From Moniliella sp. 'wahieum' (Eukaryota): a stretch of 64,000 nt of DNA. Location: contig RSEE01000103.1 of NCBI GenBank assembly GCA_003971905.1, positions 1 to 64,000 of the forward strand. The letters are read 5' to 3'. A program made the translations under genes and the position numbers. Positions 49,168-61,976 of the stretch are shown here, in pieces. The first letter of the stretch is position 1; the number at the start of each line of letters is the position of its first letter. A model generated the notes under the pieces. It had not been told where the DNA came from. It saw only the letters and a program-made list of their open reading frames with translations, and ran no database searches.

Positions 49168-50095
49168 ATGGCGGCACCAGCGCGTCTGCCACGCACGGTG
49201 CGCCGATTCGGGCTGCTTCTCCTCCTCGCCTCCACTGTGCTCCTCCTGCCCACCTACCTCTACCTCCAGCACACCACCGCCTTCGACCCTCCACCCTGGA
49301 ATGGGCTCCTGTTCCCGCCGGTGCTGCGGCCGGTGCCGACCCCGCCCCCGGCCCTCTTCCATCCGGCTGGGCAAGTGGGCCAGGGCCTTCCGATCGGCTA
49401 CCCTACCCGTGTTCGATAGGATGCCTACCTTTTTTGAAGCGTGTCTGATGAACCCGAATGTGCATTGGGCCGACCTGGCCGCGTGTGACCGCGCCCGCCC
49501 GCACCTGCATGCCGACCCTCCACCTCCGCCACCGTCTGCGGCTGCCCCCGTTGGTTCCTCCAGCCCGGCTGTGGCTGCTGCGCAGGCCACCGCCTCCGCC
49601 GCAGCTTCCACAGGCGCAGTGGACACTGTCGACCCGGCTGGACAAGCCATTATGCCGCAAATGGGCAATGCGACAGCCAAGGCGCAGCTGGGTCGTGCTA
49701 CCTGGCACTTTTTGCATACCATGACCTTGCGCTACCCAGATCGTCCGACCGAGGAGAACAAGAAGATGCTGCAGGACTTTTTTGGCTTGTTTGCCCGTCT
49801 GTATCCCTGTGGCGACTGTGCGAATCACTTCCAAGCCATGCTGGACCAGTTTCCACCCCAGGTAGGTTCGCGCAAATCGGCCTCTCTCTGGCTCTGCTCG
49901 CTGCACAATAAAGTCAATGCTCGGCTGCACAAGCCGGAATTTGATTGTGCCACGTTGGATCAGACGTACGATTGTGGCTGTGGGCCTGACCCGGATGCGG
50001 ATGCGGATGCGGCCTCCGGTACCGCGGCGGACACGTCCCCTGTGGTTCCAAGGTGGAGTCCGTTCGAGGGGTGGGACGCCGCCTTGGCATTGTAA
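49168..50095 (+). CDS. ERV2: FAD-linked sulfhydryl oxidase Erv2
   Basis: N-terminal signal anchor, IMPQMGNATAKAQLGRATWHFLHTM, LYPCGDCANHF, WLCSLHNKVNARLHKPEFDC, C-terminal YDCGC shuttle motif. Confidence 0.93.
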
Positions 50096-50255
50096 TATGC
50101 AATCCATCGTCCTGATGCCTGATGCCTGATGCCTGATGTTTCTGCCACCTGCTTCTTTTCCAGCGTTCCTTCCCCTTCCCTTGATATCCACCACGAGGAG
50201 GACCACCGGGCCTACGGCCCGGTCGGCTGGGGCTTCGCCCCAGCTTGATGCTGCG

Positions 50256-50373
50256 TCGCCACCTTAGCCACCGTTCCCCCTTCGCCACCTTAGCCACCGT
50301 TCCCCCGTCGCCACCTTAGCCACCGGTCCCCTTCGCCACCTTAGCCACCGTTCCACCGTCGCTACCGTTCCAC
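50256..50373 (+). repeat. 26-bp minisatellite TCGCCACCTTAGCCACCGTTCCCCC(T/G), about 4.5 copies
   Basis: Units start at 50256, 50282, 50308 and 50333, with a partial at 50359; each is built of 9+9+8-nt subunits. Confidence 0.95.
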
Positions 50374-52038
50374 GCTGGAACCCTTCCACGCTGGAGAGGG
50401 CAAATAATATCACCGATACTCTGGCTGCGGGTGGCTGGGAACGTGTCACGGGGCAGCTGATGTAAAAAGTGCAGGCCAACCAACCGATTTTATTGGGTGG
50501 TGCATGAGAGCACCGCAACCCCCTTGGAACGCCGGGAGAAGGAGCTGCTTCGGATGCTTGAACAAGCAGAATGCGACAAGAACGCCAAGTACCAGGGACG
50601 CACTCAAGAGCCGTTTTTCCCCTGGTTTTGACGACGCGAGGATACTACGGCACCAAGACGGCGGGCAAGTTGTTCGCGCATTGGAAGGAGTTGGCTACTA
50701 AGTCTCAGTGGAAATGGTTCCTCGCTCGGATGTCAACCACGTTCCTCCGTGTCCACACGCGCTTCCTAGGGTACGGGCCCGGATGGCGTGAGCCGGAGGG
50801 TCCTGATATCCTGGCGATCCTCCTGGTCCCTTGACCCTGGTGGCGCCCCCAAGTAACCCCCGCAAGATGAACGGTTAGGTTAAAACGTAGCGTTCCCCCT
50901 GTCCCAGCCTTAAGCTCTGTCAATGAAATGGACGTGATCTAGAGATTGTGTCGTTGCAATGGATCTGCTATAGCCCTGCCTCGCTTGCGTCGTATTGCTT
51001 TTGGGGCATGCGCATGATCGGTCGTCTGGCACCTCGCCCGCAGGGCACATGCCTCGATTCATTTGTTGCGGGTCTCTGCTTGGAACGGACAGGAGGTCCG
51101 CAGGGCTGTGGGCTTGTCCTTGGTGCTCTCCTCCTTAACGTCGGGAATGCCGACTGGGTATAGTGGCTGGCGGGAATATAGCTCGTCCCGCTGAAGCCGA
51201 GGACGTTTGCCACGGCCGGCGGGGGGAAAACACTCTCGAATGCCCCAGCCCATGCGGCATCCACCTTGCATTGGCAGGCCTCGGCTGTTTTTTTTTTTTT
51301 TTTCTTGCTCTTTTTTCTGATTGAAACAGCGAGTTGGTTGGATTTGGTGCTGCGTTTGTCATGAAGGGCATGACGTCAATTCCCAATTCCGCTGGGCGGA
51401 ATGCGGCGCAGAAGGGCGTAGATAGCAAACGGTGGATGGAGGCAGCACCTGCCTGATTGGGTCTTGTCTGAGAGGGAGGGCCAGGCGGACAATACGCCCT
51501 GTCGCGTGCGATCGCAGCGCCTCAGCGCCTCAGCGCGAAAAGTAGGACTGAGTTTGAAGCGCATCCCACACTCCTCGCACACTCTGCTGCTGAGGCGCTG
51601 ACGCACCCAGCGCACAGCTGCTCTTCTTCTTGAACCCCATCCCATCCCATCCCATCCCATCCCAGATTGTGTTGGCAGCCACCGCAGTGGCCTGATTCAC
51701 CTGTTGGTTGCCTGTGCTTTCCGCCGGTACACCGCAAACGTTAGCACCCATTCAACGTGGGTGCCGACGGAACGCGCTCCGTCATCTCCTCCTACTCCCC
51801 ACTCCCACTTCCACTCCCACTCCCGCGCTCCCCCCCTGCTGCCCTCGTACCATCCTTGACCGCCCGCTCAGACGCGCCGCGCCGCCTTGGGGTCCTTCCT
51901 TGCCCTGCACCCTCCCTCCCCTCGTTCTTCCTCACCGAGCTTGTCTTTGTTCGTGCACGCTCCACCCTGCACCACCTATCTGAGCCCTTGGTTTGCCCTT
52001 CCCCTCCTCCGCACGTGGCGACAGCTTGACTCGCAACC

Positions 52039-53020
52039 ATGACCCCGCATCCCACCGTCCAACCAAGCGGGCTCCCTTTTGGCATGGCCAGGAATTCGCC
52101 ACCCCCGAGCAAGCCCATCTGGCCATTCGAAGATGGCAATCCACGTTGCCTGGATGTCCTCCGAGCGCGGAAGACTTTCTCATGTGGGACGCGAGTCTGA
52201 GCATTGTGCACTGCGTAGCGCCTACGCGTTCGAACGGCCCAGTGCCCGAACAAGTGCACGAGCACGAGCCCACGCCGTTCCCTCTGGCCCCATGCGCGTT
52301 CAAAGCGATCGTGCAACGTCAATCCTTTCTCCCCGCGCTGGACCCGTGTGACGAATCGGGTATTTTGCCTTCTTTTGCACTCCGCATTCGAGTAGTTGTG
52401 TCGCCTGTCCTGGTCCGCGCCTTCGGGCCTCTACGGCACCCGCTCCCAGCCTGCCTGACGAAGGCGACGCAATGGCGCTGGACGTGCCTGTGCGGCCACG
52501 TAAAAGGCTAGGCGGACCCGATTCGCCCGTGCGCGCTGGAGGCACGGGCGGGGGAGGTACGTCAGGCCGGTGGGGCTCGGACGGCATGTACCTCGAAACG
52601 ATGGTGCGGCATATTCATTTGCTACTTGCTTCGTCTCACCCCGTGTACGGTGGTGGTCCTGGCGGTGGGTACGGCGCTGGGGCTGGGGCGAGCACGAAAG
52701 AGTCGGTGCGGGCACAAGCGCAAGAACTGCTTGCGGTAACGGGGCAAGCATACGCGTCGGGTGTCCCGCCCGGTCCGTTGGCATACAAATTACACGACTG
52801 GCTTGTGACCCAACGCGCTCCTTTGCCCCTATGGCCACCGGACCCGTTTTTGTTACCTGCGTCGCCACAGGGCGCGTCGCGCTGCTCCCCTCGTCCTCTC
52901 CCTTCGTCCCCACGCGCCTTGGCTGCTTCCCCTCCGTCTCCGTCGCCCGTCGGACTCTTGGTCGCCGCCGGCGACGCGCACCCGTCCTGGGCGTCCAAAC
53001 GCGCACGCCGGTGGCGCTAA
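52039..53020 (+). CDS. Hypothetical protein, possible MuDR/WRKY-GCM1-like N-terminal domain
   Basis: ORFs 51993-52511 and 52472-53020; GQEFATPEQAHLAIRRW..IVHCV..CAFKAIV. Confidence 0.4.
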
Positions 53021-53613
53021 CTTAGCTGTCGCATGTGCCAAAGGCGAGCCCCCGCCCGCGGATTCGGATCGTCCTACTAGGTTCCTAGGTCCCCCTATGA
53101 TCTCTCATCATATCTGTCCTCCTCTTCTCTGAATGTCTCCCTTGCCAGCCATCTGCACTTTTCGCGCAGTGCCACAATGATTCATGAATGCCAATGTTGT
53201 CGTCTCATCCTATGCTGTTGCGAGCCACTCCTCGTGAGGAAGGTTGGGATTGGTTTCCCCGCGTTGGGGGCGGGTTGGGTCGTGTGCAGTAGTGTGTGGA
53301 TGGAGTACCTACTATATACTGGGCTAGACGGTGCTGAGAGGCGCTCACACGTGGTTGCGCTTGACTAAAGGTGCTCGCATACCTCAACCAGCCATCGGGA
53401 AGCCAGCGTACTCGTCGGATGCTCAGATATACTGGGGAAGGGTATGGACCAAGAAAAGTGCTCTTCAGATAGCGGTGGGGGGGGGGGGGGGGTCAAACCT
53501 GTTGTTATGCACGTCATGTCATGTCATGTCATGTCATGCCATGTCACGGTAGGACTCCGGCTCTTTCCAACCTCCTCTGCTACCACGTCCGTCCCCCATA
53601 CCGCTTGGCCACA

Positions 53614-55128
53614 CTAATCCCTAGTCAACACCAGCGTCTCTCTATCCCCTGCCACGCCACCCCTGTTGGTACTGCCACGCCTCACCTGAGACTCTTGACT
53701 CCTCCCCTCTTCCTCTATCGTTTCCTTGGTCTTTTCAGATCGATTTGTACCCCCCCTGCCCACCAGCTCGCCTTGGCCTCTACCCGCCGCGCCTACATCA
53801 TGGCCGACACGTGTGGCGCCTGGGATCCCGTGCGCACCGAATTCATGCACGGGGTCCCCGGACGGCTTGCCCGAACGGCTAGAATGCGCGGGGGAAAGCT
53901 GCGCGTGCGGTTGTGGTTGTGCTTGTGCTTGCGCTTGGCGGACGGCTTGGCGGGAGAGCAGATCGGCTTGTCGAACGGGCTCCGGGACGCGGAAGAGGGA
54001 ACATGCGCGGACGAGAACGATGGCGGTGGCTAAGGAAAGCTTGTGGCCTGTGACACAAAGATCGGGTTGGTCGCCTGGGCTCCTGTGCCAGACCGCGATG
54101 CAGATGCAGAGGCAGATGCACATGCTGATGAAGGTGAAGGTGAAGATGAAGATGTCAATCGAGGTAGAGGAGTGGGAGAAAGTGGTAGGGGACGCAACGC
54201 GACCCGGCCAGTTGGTCATCCCCATCCTTGTCGCTATTAAGGTGCATTTGCGCCTCGCTCTGGTGGGTGCGGTAGAGGGGGAGGAGGATGCGTGCTGGGT
54301 CAGTATGGAAGAGGGCTTTGACGTGAGGTTCAGTTGGGGCGTCCTTGTCGTACCGGAGCAAACTTTTGGCGACGCCAATTGTAGGAAGGTCGAGGGCGAT
54401 ACCTAGGTGGCACGCGGATCCCACTCCACGCGGATGCAACCGTCCATTCCCATCGACCAGGACCACCTGCGGCCGCAGATGAGCCGGCACGCGTGCAAAT
54501 AGCGCTGTGTACACGGCGGCCTCACGGAAACCAAGGTACGTAGGCACATAGGGTGTGTGAAGCGGTACACGCTCCACGACCGTGTGGACGACCTGCAAGG
54601 ACGGGTAGGCGAGAATGACCAGAGCACCTATCCCTTCTTCGGTAGGCGGGGGCGTGGGTGGGGGTCCAGGTCCGCCATGGGCAGGGGATGGGGAGGCAGG
54701 TCCTCCGTTTCGGTCCCAGGGACAGAGCCAGGAGCAGGAGCTGGGGCAGAGGTAGGGGCAGGGCGGAAGAAGCTAATGTCGACCCCAGCCACGAGGGTCA
54801 AGCCAGTGATGCGAAAGGGTAACGTAGCAGCGCACTGCAGCTGGTCCAGCACGCCCGAGCGCACCTGAGCCGTGCCGATGGCAACAGGCGTGTCCCGGGC
54901 CTGGTCCTCCGCTCTGCCCGCAGCCTCGGGCGGGGGGAAGGGAGGCTGGATGGTGAACGCACCGGGCGCGGGCGGAGCGGGATCAGTGAGGACGAGCGCG
55001 GCGCGCAGACGCGCCTCGTGTGTGCGAGCATCGGCCACCCAGGCGGGCGAAGGGGCCCAAGAGGGGGCGTCGGGAGGGGTGTGGGGCGCGGTGGCGGACC
55101 CATCGCCGACCGTCCCTCCGCTGGCCAT
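53614..55128 (-). CDS. ENDOV: Endonuclease V (inosine-specific nuclease)
   Basis: VAGVDISF, PYVPTYLGFRE, VLVDGNGRLHPRGVGSACHLG, PTIGVAKSLL, GHKLSLATA..FRVPEPVRQADL; frameshifts; ends approximate. Confidence 0.92.
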
Positions 55129-55372
55129 CGGGCGGAGGGGAGGCGATGGAGCAGCCAGCATTGCTTCCACGCCACCAAGCATCAAACATCAGCCCATCAC
55201 CTGTGATGCCACCCATCGCTCATCAGTAATCGATAATTACCGGCCTTACCAGGAGCCATCAGTGCATCAGCCCCCAGTCGCTCAGCCGGGCCCAAGCGTC
55301 GGATGGGCACAGCGTGAGCATGACGGCATGGGGCGACGCCCTCTCCTCTCCTCTCCTCTCCTCTTCCCCATC

Positions 55373-58300
55373 ATGTCCACGCGCGTGCCCAGCACCTCGC
55401 ACGCCACGGGCGCCCCTGTGCCCGCCACCTACCTCCACGCCTCTGGCAAGCATTTCCGTGACACTGCCCGGCCGCACCGTCCTGCTCCATGGCGTCAATT
55501 TGTGCGGCGGCAAGCAACCCTGCGGCCGCAGCACCTTTGATCCGCCCCCACCTCGTCTGGAGCATCGCTGAAACCGGCGGCGAGTCCTTTCGCCACTCCC
55601 CGTTCCGCCTCGACGACGGCTCGGCCGACGAACACTTGGCCCGCCTCCGCGCTTGGGGGTTCAATGTCATCCGCTACCCGTTCACATGGGAGGCTCTCGA
55701 GCACGCTGGCCCGTACGTTTGGTCGTGTCCCCGTCCCCCGTCCCCCGTCCCCCGTCTCCCGTCCCCCGTCCCCCTCCTTCCTTACCCCCTGCCTTGCTTG
55801 CCTGCCTTGCTGTTCCCTCTGGGATGTGCGCATCGCACTGGTCTGGATGGAAGCTGACCCGATCTGCTTGGCGCGCCCGCGTGCAGGGGCAAGTACGACG
55901 AGGAGTTCATGGACTATGTGGTGGAGGTGCTGCGCAAGCTCAAGCAGTACGGTTTTCGGGTATTTATGGACCCGCACCAAGACCTATTTTCGCGCTACAC
56001 AGGTGGCTGTGGAGCCCCTTTTTGGGTGTTGCCCGCCTGTGGGATCGATCGGCGGTTTGTAACGCCGACGCAGGCTGCGTTTTTGCAATTCGAATGGCCG
56101 TCGGCCCAGCACCCCGAGCCGCAAACCTTCCCGCCCATGCTGTGGGCTACCAACTACTCGCGCCTGGCAGCGTCGACGTTATCGTCGCTGTTTTTTGCTG
56201 GGCGCGACTTGGCGCCGCAGTGCGTGCTGGACGGCAAAAATATCCAAGATTGGCTGCAAGAGCACTTTATCGCGGCGTGTGCGCAGCTGGCCCAGCGCAT
56301 CCACGATGCGGGCGATTTGGAAGACTGTGTGTGATTGGGTGGGACAGCCTCAACGAGCCCAACCCGACGTATGTGGGTTGCGCGTCTGGGACGAGATCCC
56401 CACGTCGTGGCCGCTCAAGATGGGTCCTATGCCCAGTCCGCTGCAGAGCATGCGGCTGGGGATGGGCCAGGTGCAAACTGTGGAGCGGTGGGACTTTGGT
56501 CCGCTGGGGCCCAAGAGGGTGAAGGACATGGAGGTCGATCCGAAGGGCGCCGTGCTCTGGCTGACACCCGAGCAAGATCGGATTCAAGGTGGGACCAAGT
56601 GGGGGTGGGAGCGTAGTGCCAGTTGGCCATTGGGCGTGTGTCCCTGGGCGGCCCATGGGGCGTGGACCTGGAAACGGGCCAGGTGAAGGACAAGGACTAC
56701 TTTTGTCGGTCGCGTAGGCCGGATGCCGAACCAACAGAGCCGATTGAGTTTATCGAGGACTATTGGTTACCGTTTTGGCGTGCGTACCGCACTGCGATCC
56801 AGGCCATACACCCCGATGCGATTGTGATGGTGCAACCGCCCGTGTTTGAGCCGCCGCCAGTGCTGTCGACGAGCGAGCTGGGCGAGCGTGTGTGCTCGAC
56901 GCCCCACTTTTACGATGGCCTGACGTTGATTACCAAGCACTGGAACTGGTTCAACGTGGATGCACTGGGCATCTTGCGGGGCAAGTACCCTAGTGTGCTG
57001 TTGGGGCTCAAACTGGGTCTTGGGGCGATCCGACGTGCGATGCACGACCAGCTCACCTACTTGCGCCAGGACACGTTGGATCGAATTGGCGCCTGTCCCA
57101 CTTTGATTGGCGAGTTAGGCACGCCGTATGACTTGGACAAGCGCAGGGCGTACTTTGGCGATCCCAAGGGCAAAGGTCAAGGCGATTACTCCAACCAGCT
57201 CCGGGCGCTCGACACGACGCTCCGCGCGTGTGAGGGGACCAACATTTTGTCCTATACCGCGTGGAGCTATGACCCGTTCAACTCCCATCTCCAAGGCGAC
57301 CAGTGGAACGGCGAAGATTTTTCCTTTTGGTCCTCTGACGATATTGACTTTGCCTCGCCGCGGAAGGTGAAGGACCATGCGCCCCTGGCCGGCTCCTCTG
57401 CCACGTTGGCGCACACCTCAACCAGTGTGCCCTCGTTAGAGGGGGCGGAGGAACCCGGGTCGAAACCGACACAGAAAGTATCCTCATCGTCGATCAACTC
57501 AGATACGCTCCCTCGTCTAACACAGGCCACCGCCCAAGCCGGGAAGTGGAACCACCATCACCCCATTGGCGACATTACCTTCCCATTGCCTATGGGGGAC
57601 CTGCACCGTGGCGGCCGGGCGAGCCGGGCATTTTGTCGTGCGTACGCGCGTGCCACGGTGGGCACACCACGCTTGATGACGTTTGATTGTGACTCGGGCT
57701 TGTTCCAATTGGAAGTGGAGCTGAGTCGGGCCGATGCTCAGGCCGCGGCCGAGCAGGGTGTCGCAACGGAAATTTACCTTCCTATGCTGCACTATGCCCG
57801 TTGGGCCGAACCGGACGAAGCCAAAGCGTATCCCGACCTGCTCGTGCGCACCGTGATTCCGCACCGCTCCCACCGCTCGGGCCAGTCGAGCCGCACGGTG
57901 CTTCCCCCCGATTCGCACGGAGGCGGGGAGGACGAGACGATCGCCGGTGGTCAAGGGGTCAGCGACGAGGGTGGGGGTGAGAATGGTGCGGGCTTGGTGC
58001 GGGGGGTAAAGGGCCACTTTGAAGAGCGCGCGTGGATCTGGGGAGTGCACATTGACGTTTCAAGCGGGACGTGCGAGATGGATTCGGGGCGCAAGTGCTC
58101 AAGTGGTCGATTGCGCCTTCGAACGCACTGTTTTCCTCTTCCTCCCCGCTGGCTCATTTGGCCCAGCTGCGTGCGGGGGGCAACGCGGACCATGTGCTGC
58201 ACCGCGCTCGCTTGACCATCTACCGTCGTCCGGCTGGCAAGATGGCTTATGGCCCGCTAGACCGTACCGTCACGTTTGTCCGCAACGCGCGCGGCGAGGT

Positions 58301-58430
58301 CGTGCAGCGCTCCCCGTGGAGCGTCAACTTTTGGGGTACCTTGGCCGATTGGGCCGAACGCGCCTTGGCCAATGCGCTGTACTGGCTGCGCACGCTGACG
58401 CACCCCTCCTCGTCTAGCGTCTATGCCTGA
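55373..58430 (+). CDS. Glycoside hydrolase family 5, EGCrP/EGH1-type (sterylglucosidase/glucosylceramidase-like)
   Basis: [40 protein letters not shown](intron)[29 protein letters not shown] (acid/base), [19 protein letters not shown] (nucleophile), DQWNGEDFS. Confidence 0.9.
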
Positions 58431-59399
58431 GCTGATCTCGTATCATCGCATCTCTCTCTCTCTCTCTGCCCTGCCCTGCTCTGCTCTGCTCTCCTGGGCT
58501 CATCTCTCTTGTGTATACTTGCTCTTCCCTTCATCGTTCGCTATCCGTCGCTCACCTTTGTCTCTGTTCTCACGTCTCACGTTTCGTCCCCCCTACTCTT
58601 CCATTCTGTCCTGGCCCTGTCACGTGTGACTCAGCTGTCACTTGCACCCTACGCCGCATTCCGACTGAAAATTCAGCAAGCACAGGAAATAGGAATCCAA
58701 CGACATGCACTGGCAGGAAAAAGACAGGGAAAGACCCCCACCCCAGCCCTTACCATCTCACTAGGCCATGCACCGGTGCGGTCGACGGGACGTGCGGCGG
58801 CCTTGCCCTGCTCAGAGGGACCTCGTCCCCCGCCCTGGGGGCGGAGGAACGTAGGTCCCACACCCAAGCAAGAAATGAGATTCAAGATGGGCAGCATATG
58901 CGTTTGCCCGTATCCACTGCAGGAGCGAATGAAGCGGTGGGTCTCAAATGACCAGTGGCGCGTGGCGCGGGACGATCCGATGGCGACAGAATGCATGCCA
59001 GCGCGCCGGGCACGACCGTCGAGATTATTGGGCCCGGCTAGCGGACAGGGCAGGACGGGACAGGACGGGACAGGACGGGATAGCGTATACGAGCAGCAGG
59101 TAGAGGAGGCGCCAAACGTCAACCCAAGCTCCAGCCTAGGTGCAAGCACAAGCGCAAGCGTCAGCGCAAACGCCAGCACGCGGAGGGGGGTGACGCGCAG
59201 CACCCCATCCCATGCACTGTCACGGAACGATGCGGTACGCTCCGTCTCCCTTGGCCGCCCGGCACTGGCACTGGCTGTAGCTGTGGCGTTTCAAGGCGAG
59301 CGAGGGAGGGGACCGAAACCGATCGGCCCGAGGGGGAAGCAGAGTGGCTAGTAAGCAGGGGCTAGTCACTGTAACTACTAGTAGTCAAGTGACTAGTGA

Positions 59400-61624
59400 T
59401 TCGAGAGAGTCCCCCCCACACACACGGCGCGCGGTAGGCGGTATGCGGTAGACGGTACGCAGCACGCGGTAGGCGTTACGCCCATCCGACCGATCCTAGA
59501 TCCAAGAGCGTAGCCGCCGCGTCCTGGGTCTTCCGTTCGGCCTCCCTCGTGGGCGGGGTGGCGGAGGCGGAGACGGAGGCGGAGGCGGAAGCAGGGGCGG
59601 AGGGTGGACACCGAGCCGTCGTCATGTTGTGCGGCAGGCTCAATCGGTACCGACCAGGTACCGACCGAGGGGTACTGACTCAGCGCGCGGGTTACCATGC
59701 CCAATCGGGGCGGCCGTTGGGCAGTAGGTCCCGGTGCTGGTTCAGCTTCAGGGGTAGGGGTAGGTTCAAGTTCAGGGGCATGGGCATGGGCAGGGTGAGG
59801 GTCAAGTTGGCGTGGCACAGGGGGCGCGGCGGGCCGAGACGGGGTACGAGTAAGATGCGGCAACGTGGTCCTACCCGGGGCCAAGCGTACCAGGCGCCGG
59901 CGTGGGGATCGGGGTGGGAGGCTAAGGTCTGTGCACGGGGCGAAGCGTGGTGCACCGATGCTGGGACGGAGGAGCACGTGCGCGTGTCCACGGTTGGGTG
60001 CGCGTGGAGTAGCAGCCCGTTGGGTGCGCCACCCCGACCCCGCCACTGAGCCAGGGAGGTGCAGGGCAGCCAACGGTCCGCCGGAAGCAGGAGGGCCGCG
60101 TGCCGTGGACCGGGTACGAGCAAACGGCCCAGCGGCCAAGGTCAAGGTCAAGGAGCTCCTAAGGCCCGTCCACGTGTCTGTCCTACCGCGTGTTCGACCG
60201 TTTGATCCGGGGAGGGGACCGCGCACGCTTCCCATGGTAGCGCGAGTTAGTTGGTAAGCGGACGGGATGGGCATGCGCCGGGGGCGGGGAAGAAGGAGAG
60301 GAAGGCGCTTGTCGTAAGTTGGAGTTGGGCGCGACTCTGCGGCGCATGACACTGGCCAAGTCCAAGTTGCCCGTTGGGCGGGGCATACGATGCGTGTGCA
60401 CCCCTGCCCCAGCCTCCTCCTTCGTTCCCGCAGTTGGCTCGGGCACGCACACGGACACGGATACAGGTCCAGTCATAGCTCCAGCCATAGCTCCAGCCCT
60501 AGGTATGGGCACAAGCACACGATCCGACCTTGAATCCGGTTCCGACTGCGACTCGGAATCCGAATCGAATTCGAATTCAGGCTGGTCAGCCTCATCGCCG
60601 AGTCGGGCGCGGCGGCAGACCGCACAATGAAGCGGTGGGTCCCGGGGGTGGTGAATCGTGGTGGGAAGCGCGACGCGGCAGCCCAGCCTGGACAGAGGGA
60701 CCTCCGAATCGCTGTCCGAGAGCGAGAGCGAGACTGAGACCGAGACCGAATCCAATTTCCAGTCTTGGTCCAACGGTGGGAGCGGGGGCGAGCGGCAGAG
60801 CCGCTTGGCCCGGCCCGAGGACACCAGAGATGGACGCGCGGAACGTTTGACACGTAGGTTGCTCGGCGCAACTGGGGTGGAGTAGGACGTGGACGTGGAG
60901 AAGGACGTGGACGTGGATGTGGATGTGGATGCGGACGTGAACTTGGACTTGGGGTGCGGCACGCGTAGCTTGTTCCTCCGTGGGCCTACTGCCCGGGCGG
61001 AGGAGGCAGAGTAAAACTCGTCCAGACGGTGGCACGTTTGGCGTGCCATGGCACGATCCAAGGTGCCTGCCACCGCGGCTGTTGGGGGCGGTGTGGGCGA
61101 GCGAGCGAGAGTAGGAGTGGGAGTGGAGGTGGATATGCGTCTGGGGGGTCTGGAGTGTGGACGTGCTGGTGGGCGCGCGGGCCGAGCGGCGGGGGCGGAC
61201 GGGCTGGGGCGGCAGGAAGGAAGGTGCGGCGGGGTTGGGGATGAGAGCTTGGCCTGTCGTGCCTGGCCGGGGGGGCGGGCGCGACGAGGCGCCTGAGGGC
61301 GTTGAGGACGACAGTGCGCAGGGCGGCACACGCATCCATCCGTGTGGGCTGGGCGCAGGCGGGAGAGGAGGGGGGAGGGGGGGCTGGAGCGCATGTGCGC
61401 CAACAGGTGCGCGGGGTCGGGGCTGACCGGCGGGACGGGGGGCGCGGGGGGTGCCAAGAGGGCGTCGAGGTGGGGAAAGGCGCAGAGAGCTTGAGCCTCG
61501 GTGGTGGGCAGCGGGAGGGGAGCGGGCGGAGGCGTGCGGCGGAGGCGGCGCTGGTGTCGGTGTCGGTGGCCGCATCGGTGAGGCTGGGCACGGAGAGGCT
61601 GGTGTTGGGGGTGGGGGTGGCCAT
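59400..61624 (-). CDS. Hypothetical low-complexity protein
   Basis: Chained long minus ORFs (60986-61624, 60183-61859, 59393-60352) with dipeptide repeats; no recognised domain. Confidence 0.35.
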
Positions 61625-61976
61625 GGGGGGGGAGGGGGTGGTGGTGGTGGAGGGGATGGTGGTGGTGGGGGGGGGGGGGGGGAGGGGCCACGAGGTACAG
61701 GAGACTCAAGTGTGCTTTGGTGTTCGTTCGCCCATCAAAGCCGCGACGCGCCACTCCGCACGTGCCACCGGTCACCCGCGTCCCCAACCCCATCCCTCCC
61801 CTTCTTCCGCCCCGCCGTTCCGCCCGCTGCCCTCTGGCGCCTATGGACAGCCCCAGCACATGCGAAGCACCCTCTCTCCACGCCGCACGCAGCGATCATG
61901 TCCCTCGAGCATAGTATAGCAGAATAGTATAGCATCCTCCACCACCGTGCCCAGGCGGCGTCCGCGCGTCGCACCC

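Noticed and set aside
50256..50373. CRISPR-like array
   Set aside because: Units are contiguous with no unique spacers, the context is eukaryotic and there are no cas genes.
7852..55128. Damage-control or glutathione-cycle cluster (oxoprolinase, OPT, NAD(P)HX epimerase, EndoV)
   Set aside because: The genes are tens of kb apart and interleaved with unrelated housekeeping genes; nothing supports clustering beyond chance.
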